A stretch of 64,000 bases of DNA. It comes from Fimicolochytrium jonesii. Lineage: Eukaryota. The notes beneath the pieces are model-generated. The model saw nothing but the letters and a program-made list of their open reading frames with translations. It was not told the origin of the DNA and searched no databases. This document shows, one piece after another, positions 41,621 to 54,265 of the stretch (positions within the stretch are counted from its first letter, which is position 1; each line of letters opens with the position of its first letter). The stretch spans positions 310,001 to 374,000 of the forward strand of contig NW_026515675.1 of assembly GCF_025526975.1 (NCBI RefSeq). Direction: 5' to 3'. The position numbers were made by a program, and so were the translations under genes.

Positions 41621-41961
41621 AATGAATCATGTAGTGCGTACTGTTTTACTCGCGCGCCGCTTGAGGGCTGTCTCGATGACTCGTTTTACAATTCCAACCC
41701 CATACTACTGTCTCTACAAATCATCAACGAAACCATTCTGCACTTGTATTCTGAGAGGTCATATAAAGTTTCCGAATTCCGACCAAAAAAGTAGTATCTA
41801 CATAGCGCCTACGCCAAGAGGGACTATATACTGGTATAGCGCCGTAACAGTAAACTAACGCAAAATTGTTTTAAGATAGTCCCAAAACTCATTCTCAAAC
41901 AACTCGGTATAAAATCAACCCAAAGAAGCCAAGAAACCAAGGGGACGAACGAACTCCCCCA

Positions 41962-42843
41962 TCATCCTTGCGCCTGCACATGCAAACTCTTCCCTCGCTC
42001 GGTCCCCATCCCCATGTGCACCGCACCGTGTCCATTCTCAGCGCCGTCCCCCATCACATCTGTTCGCCTCGCTACGCCGCGGGCCGCGTCGTCCAGCATG
42101 CTTAGCCAATACGACATGTAGACGTTGCGGTCGGGCTTCTCTGCGGTTTCGGGGTCGGATTTCTGCCGGCGGTGGGAGGCGAGTTGATGCAGGAAGGCGC
42201 GCGGCGGGTGGGACCATGAGGATGTCAGGCGGGTTGATACAGATGCTGGTACTATCGCTGTCGATGATTGATGGGATGGTGCGGAGCGGAACGCCGTCGT
42301 AGGGGCTTTGAGGATGGTGTGTGGGGCGGCGCGGGCGGGAGCTGGCAGCGAATCGGCGCGTTTGGGGGGTGGTGGGGACGGTAAGGTGAGGTCGTCGCTC
42401 CACCGTACCTTTTTTGGCTGCTCGGACCCTCCTTGAGAGGATTGGCCACGGAAGCTCTTTCCCGACGTCGTCGAGGGCGGCGAGGCTGCTGCGATCGAGC
42501 GTGACCTAAGCGACACGACGCGGTCCAAAGACGCAACGTTGGCGGCCACAGCCGGCGGGCCGAACTCGACAGCGCTAGAGTCCGACCTTTGGCGGCGGTG
42601 GGAGAAGTGGGAAGGTGGTATGAGGAGAGACTGTGTCTTGGTATGTTTGATTTCCTTGTCGAGGTCGGTGAGGAGTTGGCTGAAATCTATCGAGCCTCGG
42701 GTGGGCTTGCTGGACGTGTGGGCTAGCGGCTTGGCGATGGTGGTTGGCTTGGCTGGCTTTGAGATTGCTTTGCTGGTCGTTCTTGGCGGGGCGGTTATCA
42801 CGGGCTTTGCTGGCACCGCCTGTTCGTCGAGGGACTCGGACAT
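41962..42843 (-). CDS. Intronless 293-aa low-complexity hypothetical protein
   Basis: ATG-initiated open frame, Ser/Pro/Ala-rich, with short motifs KKVRWSD, HRRQRSD and HRRQKSD; AT-rich 3' flank. Confidence 0.7.
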   Translation of the reverse strand: MSESLDEQAVPAKPVITAPPRTTSKAISKPAKPTTIAKPLAHTSSKPTRGSIDFSQLLTDLDKEIKHTKTQSLLIPPSHFSHRRQRSDSSAVEFGPPAVAANVASLDRVVSLRSRSIAAASPPSTTSGKSFRGQSSQGGSEQPKKVRWSDDLTLPSPPPPKRADSLPAPARAAPHTILKAPTTAFRSAPSHQSSTAIVPASVSTRLTSSWSHPPRAFLHQLASHRRQKSDPETAEKPDRNVYMSYWLSMLDDAARGVARRTDVMGDGAENGHGAVHMGMGTERGKSLHVQAQG

Positions 42844-44122
42844 GGTGAACCAGGCAATCTTGACAGGAGGTGGACGACTAGGTGATGAGGACCGATTGCG
42901 TCTCGCTTAACTTTTTAGGGGAGAGGCTGGCGGAGGGATGCGGAGGACGTGGTGGCAGCGATGACGAGGGGGCCCGGCTTTTCCGTGCGACCTTTTGTTG
43001 TCTGGTGGGCGGGCCTTCGCCGTCGGACCTTCGGTGCGTCGCGAGAATTCCAACAATTATGTGGCCATGGAAAGTGAACGGCGACGTCTTACAGCAGTCT
43101 CAGGCCCCGTCCAAGTGTAATTTAGCTTGCATCACGCCGCGGCGATTCTAATCAAGGCGCTAAATTGCGAGGCTTCTCCGTCCAATGCACCGCCAGTTTG
43201 AGCCAACAAACGGCTCGTCTGGGTTCTGGACCGTGGTGTGACGCATCGGCCCACAACCAAATGTGGAAGGACCACAACGGTGTCGCTCGGTTTCGCTTTC
43301 AACTGGTGCCCGGGACTTGGTACTAGGTAGGGGCCTCAATCTGATTCTCTGATCAAGAGTTGTTGAATTTGAACCTCAATTTTTGACGCCGGTGTGCTCA
43401 CGGGTCGGCAAGACACTCCGGCGAGCGGAAGAGAAGAGTGCATACTTGAGTTGTTTTGATACCGGCGTATCCTGGCTCCTTAATCTAACCATGGGCGGAT
43501 TGCTCGATTGTGCATGCAAAGAAGCAGCTGCTATAAGAAGGCAGAACTGGATGGGTATCGCCCCGTTCCTTTCGTTCGCAAGCCAAGACACATGACTGAG
43601 CAAGATTGACAAGGCACCCTGAAGGAATTATGGGTATAAGGTGGGAGGCTGGAAGCTTCCGCACGGATTTCCACAATTTCTCAAGTACATGGACAAAGCA
43701 GTAGACAAACATTTCTGGACTGCCTCGACCGCGCATGTCGGTTTGACTTACCTTCGAGTTTTTGTTGTAAGAATGTCTGATTGGATGCCGATGAACTCCT
43801 ACGGTGTATGGCTGATTGTCCGATGTTTTCTGGCACCGAACCAACCTCGGACACGGCCGAGCTACTGTTACCATCTCTCAGCCAAAAGTACGTTACGTAG
43901 GGTCGAACACAGACAGAAAGACGATAAAACATTTGACAGTGGCGAATAACAGGATAATCACAATTGCGTATAAAGTGTAAAACCCAGTCACGTGCTGAAC
44001 GCGTCGGATCGATGTCTCATGTTGCAAACATCGATTTCCGGTTGAGATCGAAGGCTTGCACTGCGAAAGGTCTCATTCCGCAGACTTCACGCTCCCATCT
44101 CCAATCGCCGCATATAGCAAAG

Positions 44123-45585
44123 ATGCTGACAAGAGTGAGTGTCGCGGCAGCAAGGGCCTCTCGTACCTCTTCACCTCTCTCCAAATGCACAGGTGAGTGT
44201 CCTTGTCAGGTTAATGTCGACACGGCTTCCTCCGTTACTGACGTTGAGGTCACTCGGTTGGTAGCGCGCTTTGCATCGACCAGCACAAGTGGTGAAACCT
44301 TGTCCCCGGCGGTCGCCTGGCTTGTCGGTGCCAAGGGAATTGACTCTGCGACTGTGAGGCGTCTGCCTCGCTCAGGTATGCCTGCGAAACAGTTTGGTCG
44401 AATGGTGCGCTGACAGTTCGACACTAACCAAAACACATGGCACCTCCAGGACCGAAGAACCGGCTATTGAAGGGGGATGTACTGAAATATCTGGCGAACC
44501 CATCGATTTTGGACAATGCACCAGCGGGAGGGGCAGTTTTTGCTGTGGACGGCAGTGATGAACCTCTTCTCCCAGCGGCCTACTATGGCAGCGAAGTGGT
44601 TGTGAACGACCTTGTCACTTTCGTGAAGAACTATAATGGTTCGTAGCAGTTTGTCGAGCGGTTGACACCGCTTTACTGCAAGATTGGCGCCTAAATGTTC
44701 ACACGATAGATACCTACCATGCGGCATTGTCCGTATCCGACCTGTTCACGAGGGCGGCCCATCTCGCATTAAAGGCGGTACCCGAAGGTAAGCGAAAGTC
44801 ACTTAGAAATGCGGTCGGATCCTCTTTTGTGCTGATTCCACATGTACGTCTGCAGTCAATGCGAAATGGGTGGAAGCAAACCAGAAGAAGGAAGTCATCA
44901 CGGAGCCTCGGATTCTGATCACCAGGCTGGCACCACTTGGCAGTGCGCGCATGTTGCTTGAGAAGCCGGAAGATGTTGGTGGCGTGAAACTCAGCAAGAT
45001 CTTTCAGGTAACGGAGAGGGATCAGACATCACAACTCGAGTCGTTTGTTCATTCCTTTCGCATGTCTGACATCGTCGCACCATCTTTCAGGACAACTTGA
45101 AAGCTGTGGAACACCCCGGCACAGCCTTCACCATCTTCGACGCTGTTCTCTCCCCTCTAGCCGAAGTCACAGCCTACCCCACATCCCGCCACCCCGTCAA
45201 CTTCACAATAGGCTCCATCCGCAAAGAGTCTCAACAAAAGCCATCCAGCAGCCTCAACGACCTCGACCTCATCTTCGGCGCACCCAACAAATCTTCAACC
45301 AAACCCTCCAAAAGCGGCCCACCAGACGCCACGATTGTTCTCGAATCAACGAAACCGAAATCGAAGACCGCCACGGCCACCTCGCCCTCCGACATCGATT
45401 TCTTCGCTCAACCACCACCCTCGAGCTTCTACACGGGCTCTTTCTCCGGGGAATGCGAGCCTAGAGTGGATTACGTGCTTGATGCGGATCTGGTGGTGGA
45501 TGAGAGGGCGGTGTCGGCGAAGGTCGCCGATAAGTTTTTAGCGACTTGGGCTAAGCTGTTGAAGAACCCCAAGGCGTTGCTGTAG
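44123..45585 (+). CDS. PDX1: Pyruvate dehydrogenase E3-binding protein (protein X)-like, lacking a lipoyl domain
   Basis: Arg/Ser-rich presequence; peripheral subunit-binding domain LSPAVAWLV...SGPKNRLLKGDVLKYL; E2-like core SVSDLFTRAAHLALKAVPEVNAKW...LVVDERAVSAKVADKFLATWAKLLKNP. Confidence 0.75.
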
Positions 45586-45966
45586 ATTCTTACGGTTAGT
45601 CAAGTCACCGTCCTTCCGTAGGGAGCCTGCATATGTACATTAGAGTCACTTTCACGTTGCTTTTTGAAGCCGAGCTGATTCGCAAACCACATCTACCATA
45701 ATACGTCTACGTATACCGTGCTACAGGACTGTCTTCTACGATCCAGCTCAATTTTCCCTCATCCTCGCCAGAACTGACAGTCAAAGCGTCCTGCGATTCA
45801 CGCACAATATTCCGGTTCTCATCGCCCATTACATGGGACACCATTCCCGCTCCTGGAATGATCCCTGTCATATGCATCTGTGGCTTTGATAATCCAACCG
45901 CTTCATCGCCATCGTTTTGTGGAAGCGGATCCCGCTGCCAGCTGCCAATGTAGTCGCCCATGATGC

Positions 45967-47708
45967 TCATTGTGATTTGCGGGCCTGCATGAAAACATTA
46001 GACAAGCAAGTTCTCCAACCCCACGGAGCATACCAGTTTGGAGAACGTTTTACACACCTTATACGCTGCTATTTCCTTGGTGTATACTGCCAGACTTCGC
46101 TTCTCCTCCTCTAGGAACGGCTGCAAGGAAGACAGGGAAAACGGGCACCAGTTACTCACACCATTCACCACTCTCTGCTAGCCGCGGGGAATGTCCCTTA
46201 CCGCCTTCTCAGCGCCTCCCATCGCTCTCCACTCCGCCCCAATCTTCTTCGCCATCTCGCCGATCGAGAGTTCCTCACCGGCCGCGACGATCTCTGCGCG
46301 TCGTTCCGCAGCATAAAGGAAGTAGCTGTTCAAGGGTTTCTTTGGCGCGTGTGGATCCTTTGCTGTCCGCGGGTTTTTCGAATTGGTTGCTGGGGCTGCT
46401 GCCGGTTTGGTTATCTTTGTTGATGTCTTTGCTTTTGCTTTTGATTTGGTGAGCGTTGCTGCTGATGACGGTTCGGTCGTTATAGGCTCGGAAATCTCGT
46501 TTGACCCTTGCTGCAGTTGCTTTTCGTAGCTGGCTTTTAGTTTCGCTGCTTTTTTCTGGTACGGCTGCATTGACACGATGGTGCAAAATGTCAGTTGCCC
46601 AGTTGGATTGTCGATAAGGCGCCAAATGCGGGTTACTTCAACTGACCTCCTTGTCCTGTTCTGATAGAGCTTTCCACCGCTCACCCAGTAGTTTGCCCAA
46701 TTGGCCTGTGAATAGCGTGCCCACTGTTGAGTCGTCATCATCCTGTGCGAGAGGTCTCGCTCCAGCTTTTCGCGTCTGATCCAAGCTGTTGGATCCTTAC
46801 CAAAAGTAGCATCGGGATTCTCCAGCTTCACTGCTTCCCGCTTATCCGCAGTATACAGGAAGTATGCAGTCAACGGCTTCTTCGGCTTTCCAGAAATGCC
46901 TTTCTTCTGCGCCTTCCCTTTCTTTTGCGGTTTCCCTTTCCCTGACGCATCGGTACTTTTTCCGTCCAAAAGTTTGCTTTTAGCCTCATCCGAATGTGTA
47001 ATCGGTTTCGATTGCAATTTCTTTGGCAGGTCTGGAGTCGAGGCTGCAAACTGCTGCCATGCCTCGGCGATCGATATCCCTGTATCCGCAGAAGTGGCGC
47101 GTTGTGGATGGGCTGCCAAATATTCTGCTAGTTGTACTTCGTATTTGTCTTTAAGTGCCTGCGCTTGTCGGCGGTATGGCTAGACAAAATCGACGCAGCT
47201 TCAGCATCTAACTTCCGTCGTAGGCATGAACCATAATCCCCAATTGCGATATCTCACCGCTATTTCGGCGTCGGTGAGAGCGCTCCACTCAGCTCCCAAC
47301 TGCTTCTGATATGTGACTGCCATTACGCAGGCGGTTCAGCGAAAGTTTTAGCCCGCTGATAAACTCCCCTCCACCACTCTTCGTAAACATACCGTTATCT
47401 TGAGTGCCCAGCCGCCCCTCACGTCGCAGCTCCGCGCGCCTTTCCTTCAAGTACAGCGAGAACGCGTCCAAGGGTCTTTTTGGCGGGGCCACTTCCGTTG
47501 TGGCATCTGCCGCTACCAGCCTCTTCTTCGCCGCCGTCTTCGTCTCTTCCACAACCGTCGGCTTCTTCACGACGGGAGGGGCAAAAAGGCGAGTGGTGCG
47601 GGCGAGCACATGGGCGGTGGTTGAGAAGCGGGACCGCCAAGCTGCCGATGCCTTCCTGACGTTGTTCCTGGCGGATAGAGCGAGAAGGCAGGATGGTTGG
47701 GGCCTCAT
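45967..47708 (-). CDS. Triple HMG-box protein with a predicted mitochondrial presequence (TFAM/Abf2-like candidate)
   Basis: Three boxes: PPKRPLDAFSLYLKERR...LGAEWSAL; KPKKPLTAYFLYTADKR...LGERWKAL; KDPHAPKKPLNSYFLY...IGAEWRAM. The N-terminus is Arg-rich and lacks acidic residues. Confidence 0.85.
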
Positions 47709-47973
47709 CTTCTAAGTTAGTTTCTGTTCTAGACCTACCTGTATCATGCGCATGATCTTGGGAACCGAGTCGATGCTGTTTGTGTAGGACGTCTCCTCTT
47801 CTCACATGACCAGTTGCGTATTAAATGCATTTAAGTGCGTGTCAGTTATACAGTTGGACGCGTCGCCGTTGAACTTCGAACTTCAAACGCTCTTCTGGGC
47901 ACATATCCTTCGCAACACAAGCTGGCTCTATCCAGGAGTTGAGGGCAGAAAGCGGTCGTATGTATATCTCAGT

Positions 47974-49188
47974 ATGGACCTCCTTACCATCGGCATCCTC
48001 TTTGTCCTATGTCAAGTTGCCCTCGCGTTCGACTGCTCCAACCTCTCGCTCAGTGGTAAGTTACTGGTTCACCACATCTTCTCATAAGACTGAAGCGAAC
48101 TCAACCCAATCATCTTCTTTCTCTGAAAGGTCAAACGTATAACCTCACCCACGCCGATTTTAAAGCCATCATCCCCCAAGATCCAGTGTTTGAGTTTGCA
48201 ACCGTGACAAAAACGATAATAGGGAACGCCTGCCGACCACTTGCTTCCCTTCCGAACAAAGCAACTGAAAGTAAGCGGAGCTTTCGCGTGGGCGGAAGTA
48301 CAGCGTATCGACGGCTTTATAATTTACAGAGTACTGCGGTGGAGACCCAAAAGCATGGTTCTGCCAGGTCAGTTCCCACCAGGAAACTCCGGTCACCAAT
48401 ACCCAGGGGGCTGAAAGAGTTTCCCCTTTGCGCTAGACGAAGGAAGTACAAGGGAAAGGCACAGACGACTCGCCGCAATGCCCAAAAGCCATTTTGGCCG
48501 GGGTGAAACCCCTAGCAAGCGCTGCTCCGCCCGTGGTCCAACAGATTCAGGGCGGGGTGCAGCTCATATTCAAGCGAAACAATACCGATGCCGTGAACAT
48601 CTCCTTCCTGTGTCATGACCGGACGCAGGTACCGACGCGAAGGCCCCTGGATGCGTGAGGTTCGCACATCTGAACCCCGGATTGCCTTGCAGGACCTAAC
48701 AGCAACAAAACGGAATGGGGTTATTGAGATCGAGTGGCAGACACCGCAGGGATGCCCAAAGGCGGCCAAAGGACCCGACCAGCCGATTGGGAATCCCGGA
48801 GGTGAGGATCGCAAGATGAGTGGATTCGGCACGTTCGTCCTCCTTTCGTTTGTGGCGAGCACCGCTTACTTGATCATCGGGGGAGCGTACAATTATACTG
48901 TCTTCCGGAGTATGTATCAGTGCCGAAGCAAAGTGGGCAAGAGTGGTGTCACGCTGACAATCTATCTTTGCAGTACGCCACTTTCCGGATATGCTTCCAC
49001 ACTGGAAGTTCTGGTCCGCGGTCATCCGCAACGGAGGGGTACGTACAAATGGATCTTCACCCAACGAGTGCCAGCCCTTGTATATCATACCCATCCAGTC
49101 TCTTCCTCACTTTCACGTACAGGAGTTGATCGGAACATTATGGGAGAGAATAAGACACCGAGGCGGGCGGGACTATGTACAAATCTAG
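47974..49188 (+). CDS. ATG27: Atg27/mannose-6-phosphate-receptor-like type I membrane protein
   Basis: Signal peptide MDLLTIGILFVLCQVALA; Cys-containing luminal domain ending IEWQTPQGCP; TM GFGTFVLLSFVASTAYLIIGGAYNY; LPHWKFW; C-terminal YVQI* (YxxPhi sorting motif). Confidence 0.8.
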
Positions 49189-49282
49189 AGACACCACCTC
49201 CATCGTTCCCCATTCAGCAGAGTCCCGTAGCGACATTTATGTAAAGACTTTCTCCATTTACGCCGTCAAGAAGTCCGAGTAT

Positions 49283-52200
49283 TTAAATGATAGACACTTT
49301 CGCAAGCGCAACGATCGGAAGCAGCCGTTTCCGCACAGTAGCGAACCGGGCTGCCTCGCCGTCTTTTCTGATCTGTTTGGTCAGATGCGGGAAGCGTGTT
49401 TGCTTTTGGTGGAGGATCGAATGGAAGGCTTTCAGGCCCAGCCTGTGGTGTTCGGGAATGCTTTCGTTAGACGGCGCTTGTGAAGAGTGATGTCTGAGAG
49501 CGACTTACCACTCGATTTGAGTAGCGGTGAGGGGGCAAACGCAACCGTGGGTCCGTGCAGTCAATGTGCTTACACGGCTACGGATCAAGAGATAGGCAAA
49601 GCGAACCACATCGCGGATCACACCTGCATGCCGAAAACGGTTAATCAATATCACTGCGCCGACATCCCCATGTCCGCGCGTTCAAGAAAACTTACGATGC
49701 AGAAACACATCAACACTTAACGCGTTCCCAAATCCAAGTAAGCGCACATACGCGACAAACTTCATAGCGCACAGGCGCAGGTTGTCGTACACGCTCACGA
49801 TCACCGTCGGGAGGCTGTTCAGGCTGGCGTCGAGGAAGATTGCGTGGCATTTGGGTTTGAGCATCCTGCCACATCGGATTTATCAGCGCCGGTGAACGAA
49901 CAGAACCGTGCGGGCATGCAAAGCTTCTCCGGAAGTGGCACTTACTGCATGAGCTTGTGCTTCAACGCACGTCCGGGTGTCCGCGCAATCTCGACAGTCA
50001 GCGTGTCGTCCAGGCCTGTCAACAGGGGTCACTGAAATATGCGCTATTGATGTCTACTTAACAGACAACACTCACGAAGACCCTGGAATCGCCCGAAATC
50101 GCCTCGCACTTGCAACGACTCGGTGTCAATGAGGAGGCCACACCATGGAAATGCTACAGATGACTAATCAGAACTGGCCTCAGCCGACAAGTTGACGGAG
50201 AAAAAACCCACCAACTCGCAAGCCACTCGCATCCACAGTTCCAACATGCTTGACCGCACATCCATCCAGATCCAGTGGGAAGTTGGTCAAGGTCTTATCC
50301 ACGTTCACACGACAGCCATGTCTTGGATGTCCTGCCAAACTCGTGGGATTGGATCGCCATCCCACCTTTTGAAGCAAGAGAATGACATGATGATTGCTCA
50401 TCCTTACCAGCGTGCATGGTGCGAACAAAAGCCACCGCATTGGCACGGTCAGTTGTGATGTACAGGAAATCGTCCACGTAGCGGAGTAATGCCGAGTTCT
50501 CGTCGCTGAACCCTCGGAGGGCCTCTTGCTCCAGGTGCGCGTAGAAAAAGCTGAGAAATGTACAGGCACGGTTAAGACTTGGGCCACAGGGACGTAAAGA
50601 GTGTCGTGACTGCAGTGTGTACCTGCACAGAATCGTAGACAGAATAGATCCCTGCGGAATTCCTGATATTTGTCTGAACAATCTCTTGCCAACCTGCAAG
50701 TGGAAAGAAAGTCCCGTTACTTGGCATAGAGCATCAATAGCCTCTTTCTCAAGAACAGTTATCCCACCTTAATCAGATTATTCTCAATATGCTGCTCAAG
50801 TAACGTAATGACCGTATCGCGCTCCTCAAAGCTATGCACGACCTGATCCACGACGATCGTGTTCCGCAGGCCGACGACCACTTCTTTTGCGAAATCTGTG
50901 AACTGCTTGAATTCGCCTGCAAAGGAATGTTGTTACTTTCGCACTGAAATTTTTCGATTGAATAATGATGTAGCGTACCGGAGGGACGAGCTTTGCGTAT
51001 GAAACTCTTCTTGTATCTGCCGGCGCTCTGGTGGATCAGCGAGAACTTTTGAACCAGGTATTCGTCCTGCAGGAGTGAATGCGTAAGCCAATTGTGTAAG
51101 CCTGCTGCAGTCGGTACTGTGAAGAAGGTTGACTCATGTGCGTCTACCTCTTGCAGGACATCACGAATGATCTGGAGTAAAAGCCCCTGATCGATGGTAT
51201 CAAACGCGTTGGCGACATCCACTTTGCAGAAAAAAAGGGTGGGGAGCTTGCTGGAGGAGGAACGGGTCAAGTCAGTAAATCTCTCGTCAAGAACTCAAAA
51301 CGTGTTCCGCACCGCGATCCTGAAGACGCAACCAGCTGGTCCCGAAACTCTTTCAGCCGTGCATAGATATCGTTCAGACCTGACACGGACCCGCCCATCA
51401 TTTCCCGATGGGTCTTTCGTGCCCTAGGGCATCAGCTTCTCGTATGTAGTGGATGAAGATACATAAGGTTCGGTTCAAACCTTTTCATATGTCAAGATGT
51501 GAAACGCGTTCTGCAAGATGCCATTGATGGAGGTGGATCCTGGCCGCCCGTTCTGTCCTTCCGGACTTATCTTCTACGTATCATGGATGGCGGATGAATC
51601 GGTGGGTGAAACCTCCCCGCGTCCCGCCCGAAAACGAATCTAGAGGGGACAAACCTTGCTCGAGATCCGCCGCCGCAAGTTGGTGATCATCCTCACACCA
51701 CTTTCCTTCGGCAGGAGCCGTATGTAAGAATATCCAAGACATTTGAGTGTATCCTCGTGGCTGCATCTCTTCCAATTCAAGCCATCCATCAGTCCCAAAG
51801 AAATGCAAGCCAAGAGACTGAAGTGGGGCCCAATACCTTCTGCAACGGCTCAAAGATCGTCGTAGAAAGCCTCTGAAACACCGGATCAGTGAGATTATGC
51901 CAGAGATCATGGCGGAAATAGAAGATCTTGTTGCGGAAGGGTGCGCTTTCCGTTACGTAAAAGGTTCCCTGATGTGAGGCTCACACATCAATCACTCCCC
52001 CCTGAAAGCTCCGTGCGGCAGCAACTGCACTTACACGTAAGAGCGGGATTACGAAGCCGTCAAAGACCCAGAAGAGGAACTCGTACACGAGTTCGGTCCG
52101 CTTGAATGTTTCGGAGAGAGGGGTGAATGCGCTTATGTCCGCGTTGCCCTTGCGGCCGTGTGCCCATTCGCATTCATTTATCTGCAGTGAATTGTAGGAT

Positions 52201-54265
52201 TTGTTTATGCAAGGCCGCGTCGCCATGGCGGAGCACAAATGTCACTAACCTTGAAGCGATGTACAATATTCCGAAGCGACATTGTTTCATATCGACGTAA
52301 GCGCAGGAACTTATCCACGGCTGTCCCAACAACCGACAATCAGCATCAGCGAAATTAAATCAACTTGACGTCTTTTAGTGTTCTTCCCCACACCTTGTAA
52401 GATCACCTTCTGATTGCGCGGACTACCCCATAAAGCGTTGGGAATCACCTTTTGTATGATGGCTCTCACGAACGAAGAGACCTGAACGACATTGTGAGTA
52501 GTTGCTCATCTGACCACTAAGCAACCCCGGACTAACCTGATGGAACGACGAACTCGCGTCGAACGTTGCGGATGGTTGCGGACTAGGTTTTCCCGACTTA
52601 GCATTGTGCAAGAACCATCAGCCAGGAAGACGACTCGGCACGATCGACGACATGTTTGCCACTCACGGTTTTCGGACAGTAAAAGTCCAGGATGGCGCTA
52701 TAATTACACCTGTCGTGCAGCGCTTGCATCTGCATTCCCAGATCCCCGACCGTTTTCAGTCGACGCGGGACTTTTCCCATGGCCGAGGAGTCCTGAAACA
52801 TCAAAGAGATGAGATCACTCTACACTCCTACATCCGTGTTTCAGCGCACCGCACCGGTAGGTCTTTGCCACCGTAATCCCCAGCCTCTTTCCCATTGCGA
52901 GCCCGGAACGCGTTTCGTGACCCGAACTGGTTTGGGAATATGTCCGCAAGCAGCCTGGTTTTGGAGAAGCTTGCTTTTCCGCGGTTCAGGATATCTGCTC
53001 GTTGGCCACCGATCAGGTCCCGCATGGAGGTTTGGCGTCCAGCGGACAGATCGACTTACGGAATTTAGGAAGCCCAAAGAGGAAGCCGCCTGTCGCGTTG
53101 CGTTGCCCTCGTACGCTGAAGATCTTCCGTCGAGCAATGAGAATGGAGCATGACGGTCCGCTGAAACGGTATTTCTTAGCATTCTGGTAATATACGGATA
53201 ACCCGACATGGGAGACTTACCTGTTGGAAGTTTGGGGGCCAGGTGCTTTGACATTATTGGGATCGGCAACAGCCCCAACGGTAGGTTTTCCAGCGCGAAG
53301 GCTGTCAATTCCACGAATGGCCTGATTTCTGATCTTTTTCGACGGACCTTCATCTGCGTTGTTGTCTCCAATCTGTCTCTTCGATTTGGTCTTGGGGAGT
53401 CCACCGACCAATGCAATCTCATCAACAGCGAGGGATACGGACTGGTCCGTCAAGGGAATGCCTTGCGGTAATGAATGTGAATATGGGATCCGGAGAAAGT
53501 CTTCGATACTTTCACATACCAGTAAGCTGGACAACACAGCCGTTTGGCATGCAGAGAAACATTGTGGTATTCAGAAGCAAATCGCACATCATTTCGAATC
53601 CAATCCTGATGTTTCTGTGAGTTACACATCCCGGGGACGCAACAAAGCACAACAAAGGGTCAACCCACCGACGGAGCAAGTTTTGCCAACATTCGGCTTT
53701 CAGGATGTTGATGATCGTGTTGGGGAAGTAGTTTTCGATTCCATGTGCGCCTACCACCCGGTTGCCTTTTGCACGCAGCTTTGAATATGACGGACATGTG
53801 AGCAACTTCTTTCTAGATACGGGTTCCTGAGCGCACATCTGGCCTTACATTGCGGTACCCTAGAGTTAGCAGGTTGGGGGTCGTGGACGTCGCTGCCTTA
53901 AGGATTTTCTCGATGTTCATGTGCACCACCTGCCACGCGTTTCAGAGACGCTGATAAGTATGCAGATCTAGCGGGAGGTGCCTAAGGAAATCAGCCTCTA
54001 CCTCAGCTTGAGAAAAATGGACATCTCCAGGTGGACCAACGGAAGGAACGGGCGTATCGGAACATCGAACGACCATAATGCTTTCAAGGAACTCCACATC
54101 GGGCGATGCGTTGGCCTGGGCATACCCAAGCTTCTCCAAATACGCCGACAGCGAGCAGATCGCCGGGAATAACGTCCTCAAAACAGGTGGGACATAGTCG
54201 TCGCGGTTTCGTTTGGAGTTACTCGCTCCGGGCAGGGCATCGTGACGAAGGGAGTCCTCCCCCAT
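49283..54265 (-). CDS. TERT: Telomerase reverse transcriptase, full length, many introns
   Basis: TEN domain NLLTLGY...GCVVQLTG; T motif FYVTE...FYFRHDLW; motifs 1/2 RLLPKESGVRMITNL; A KVDVANAFDTI; B' GIPQGSILSTILC; C LLRYVDDFLYIT; E FPWCGLLID; CTE WLGLKAF; stop TAA 49283-49285. Confidence 0.96.

Noticed and set aside
50180..51270. Reverse transcriptase motifs as a retrotransposon or retron
   Set aside because: T motif, TEN domain, CTE and many spliceosomal introns identify TERT; no gag, integrase, endonuclease or LTRs.
35816..54265. PolX-like + HMG + TERT as a dedicated DNA-end maintenance gene cluster
   Set aside because: They are interspersed with unrelated housekeeping genes and have different predicted compartments; no sequence evidence of co-regulation without synteny data.
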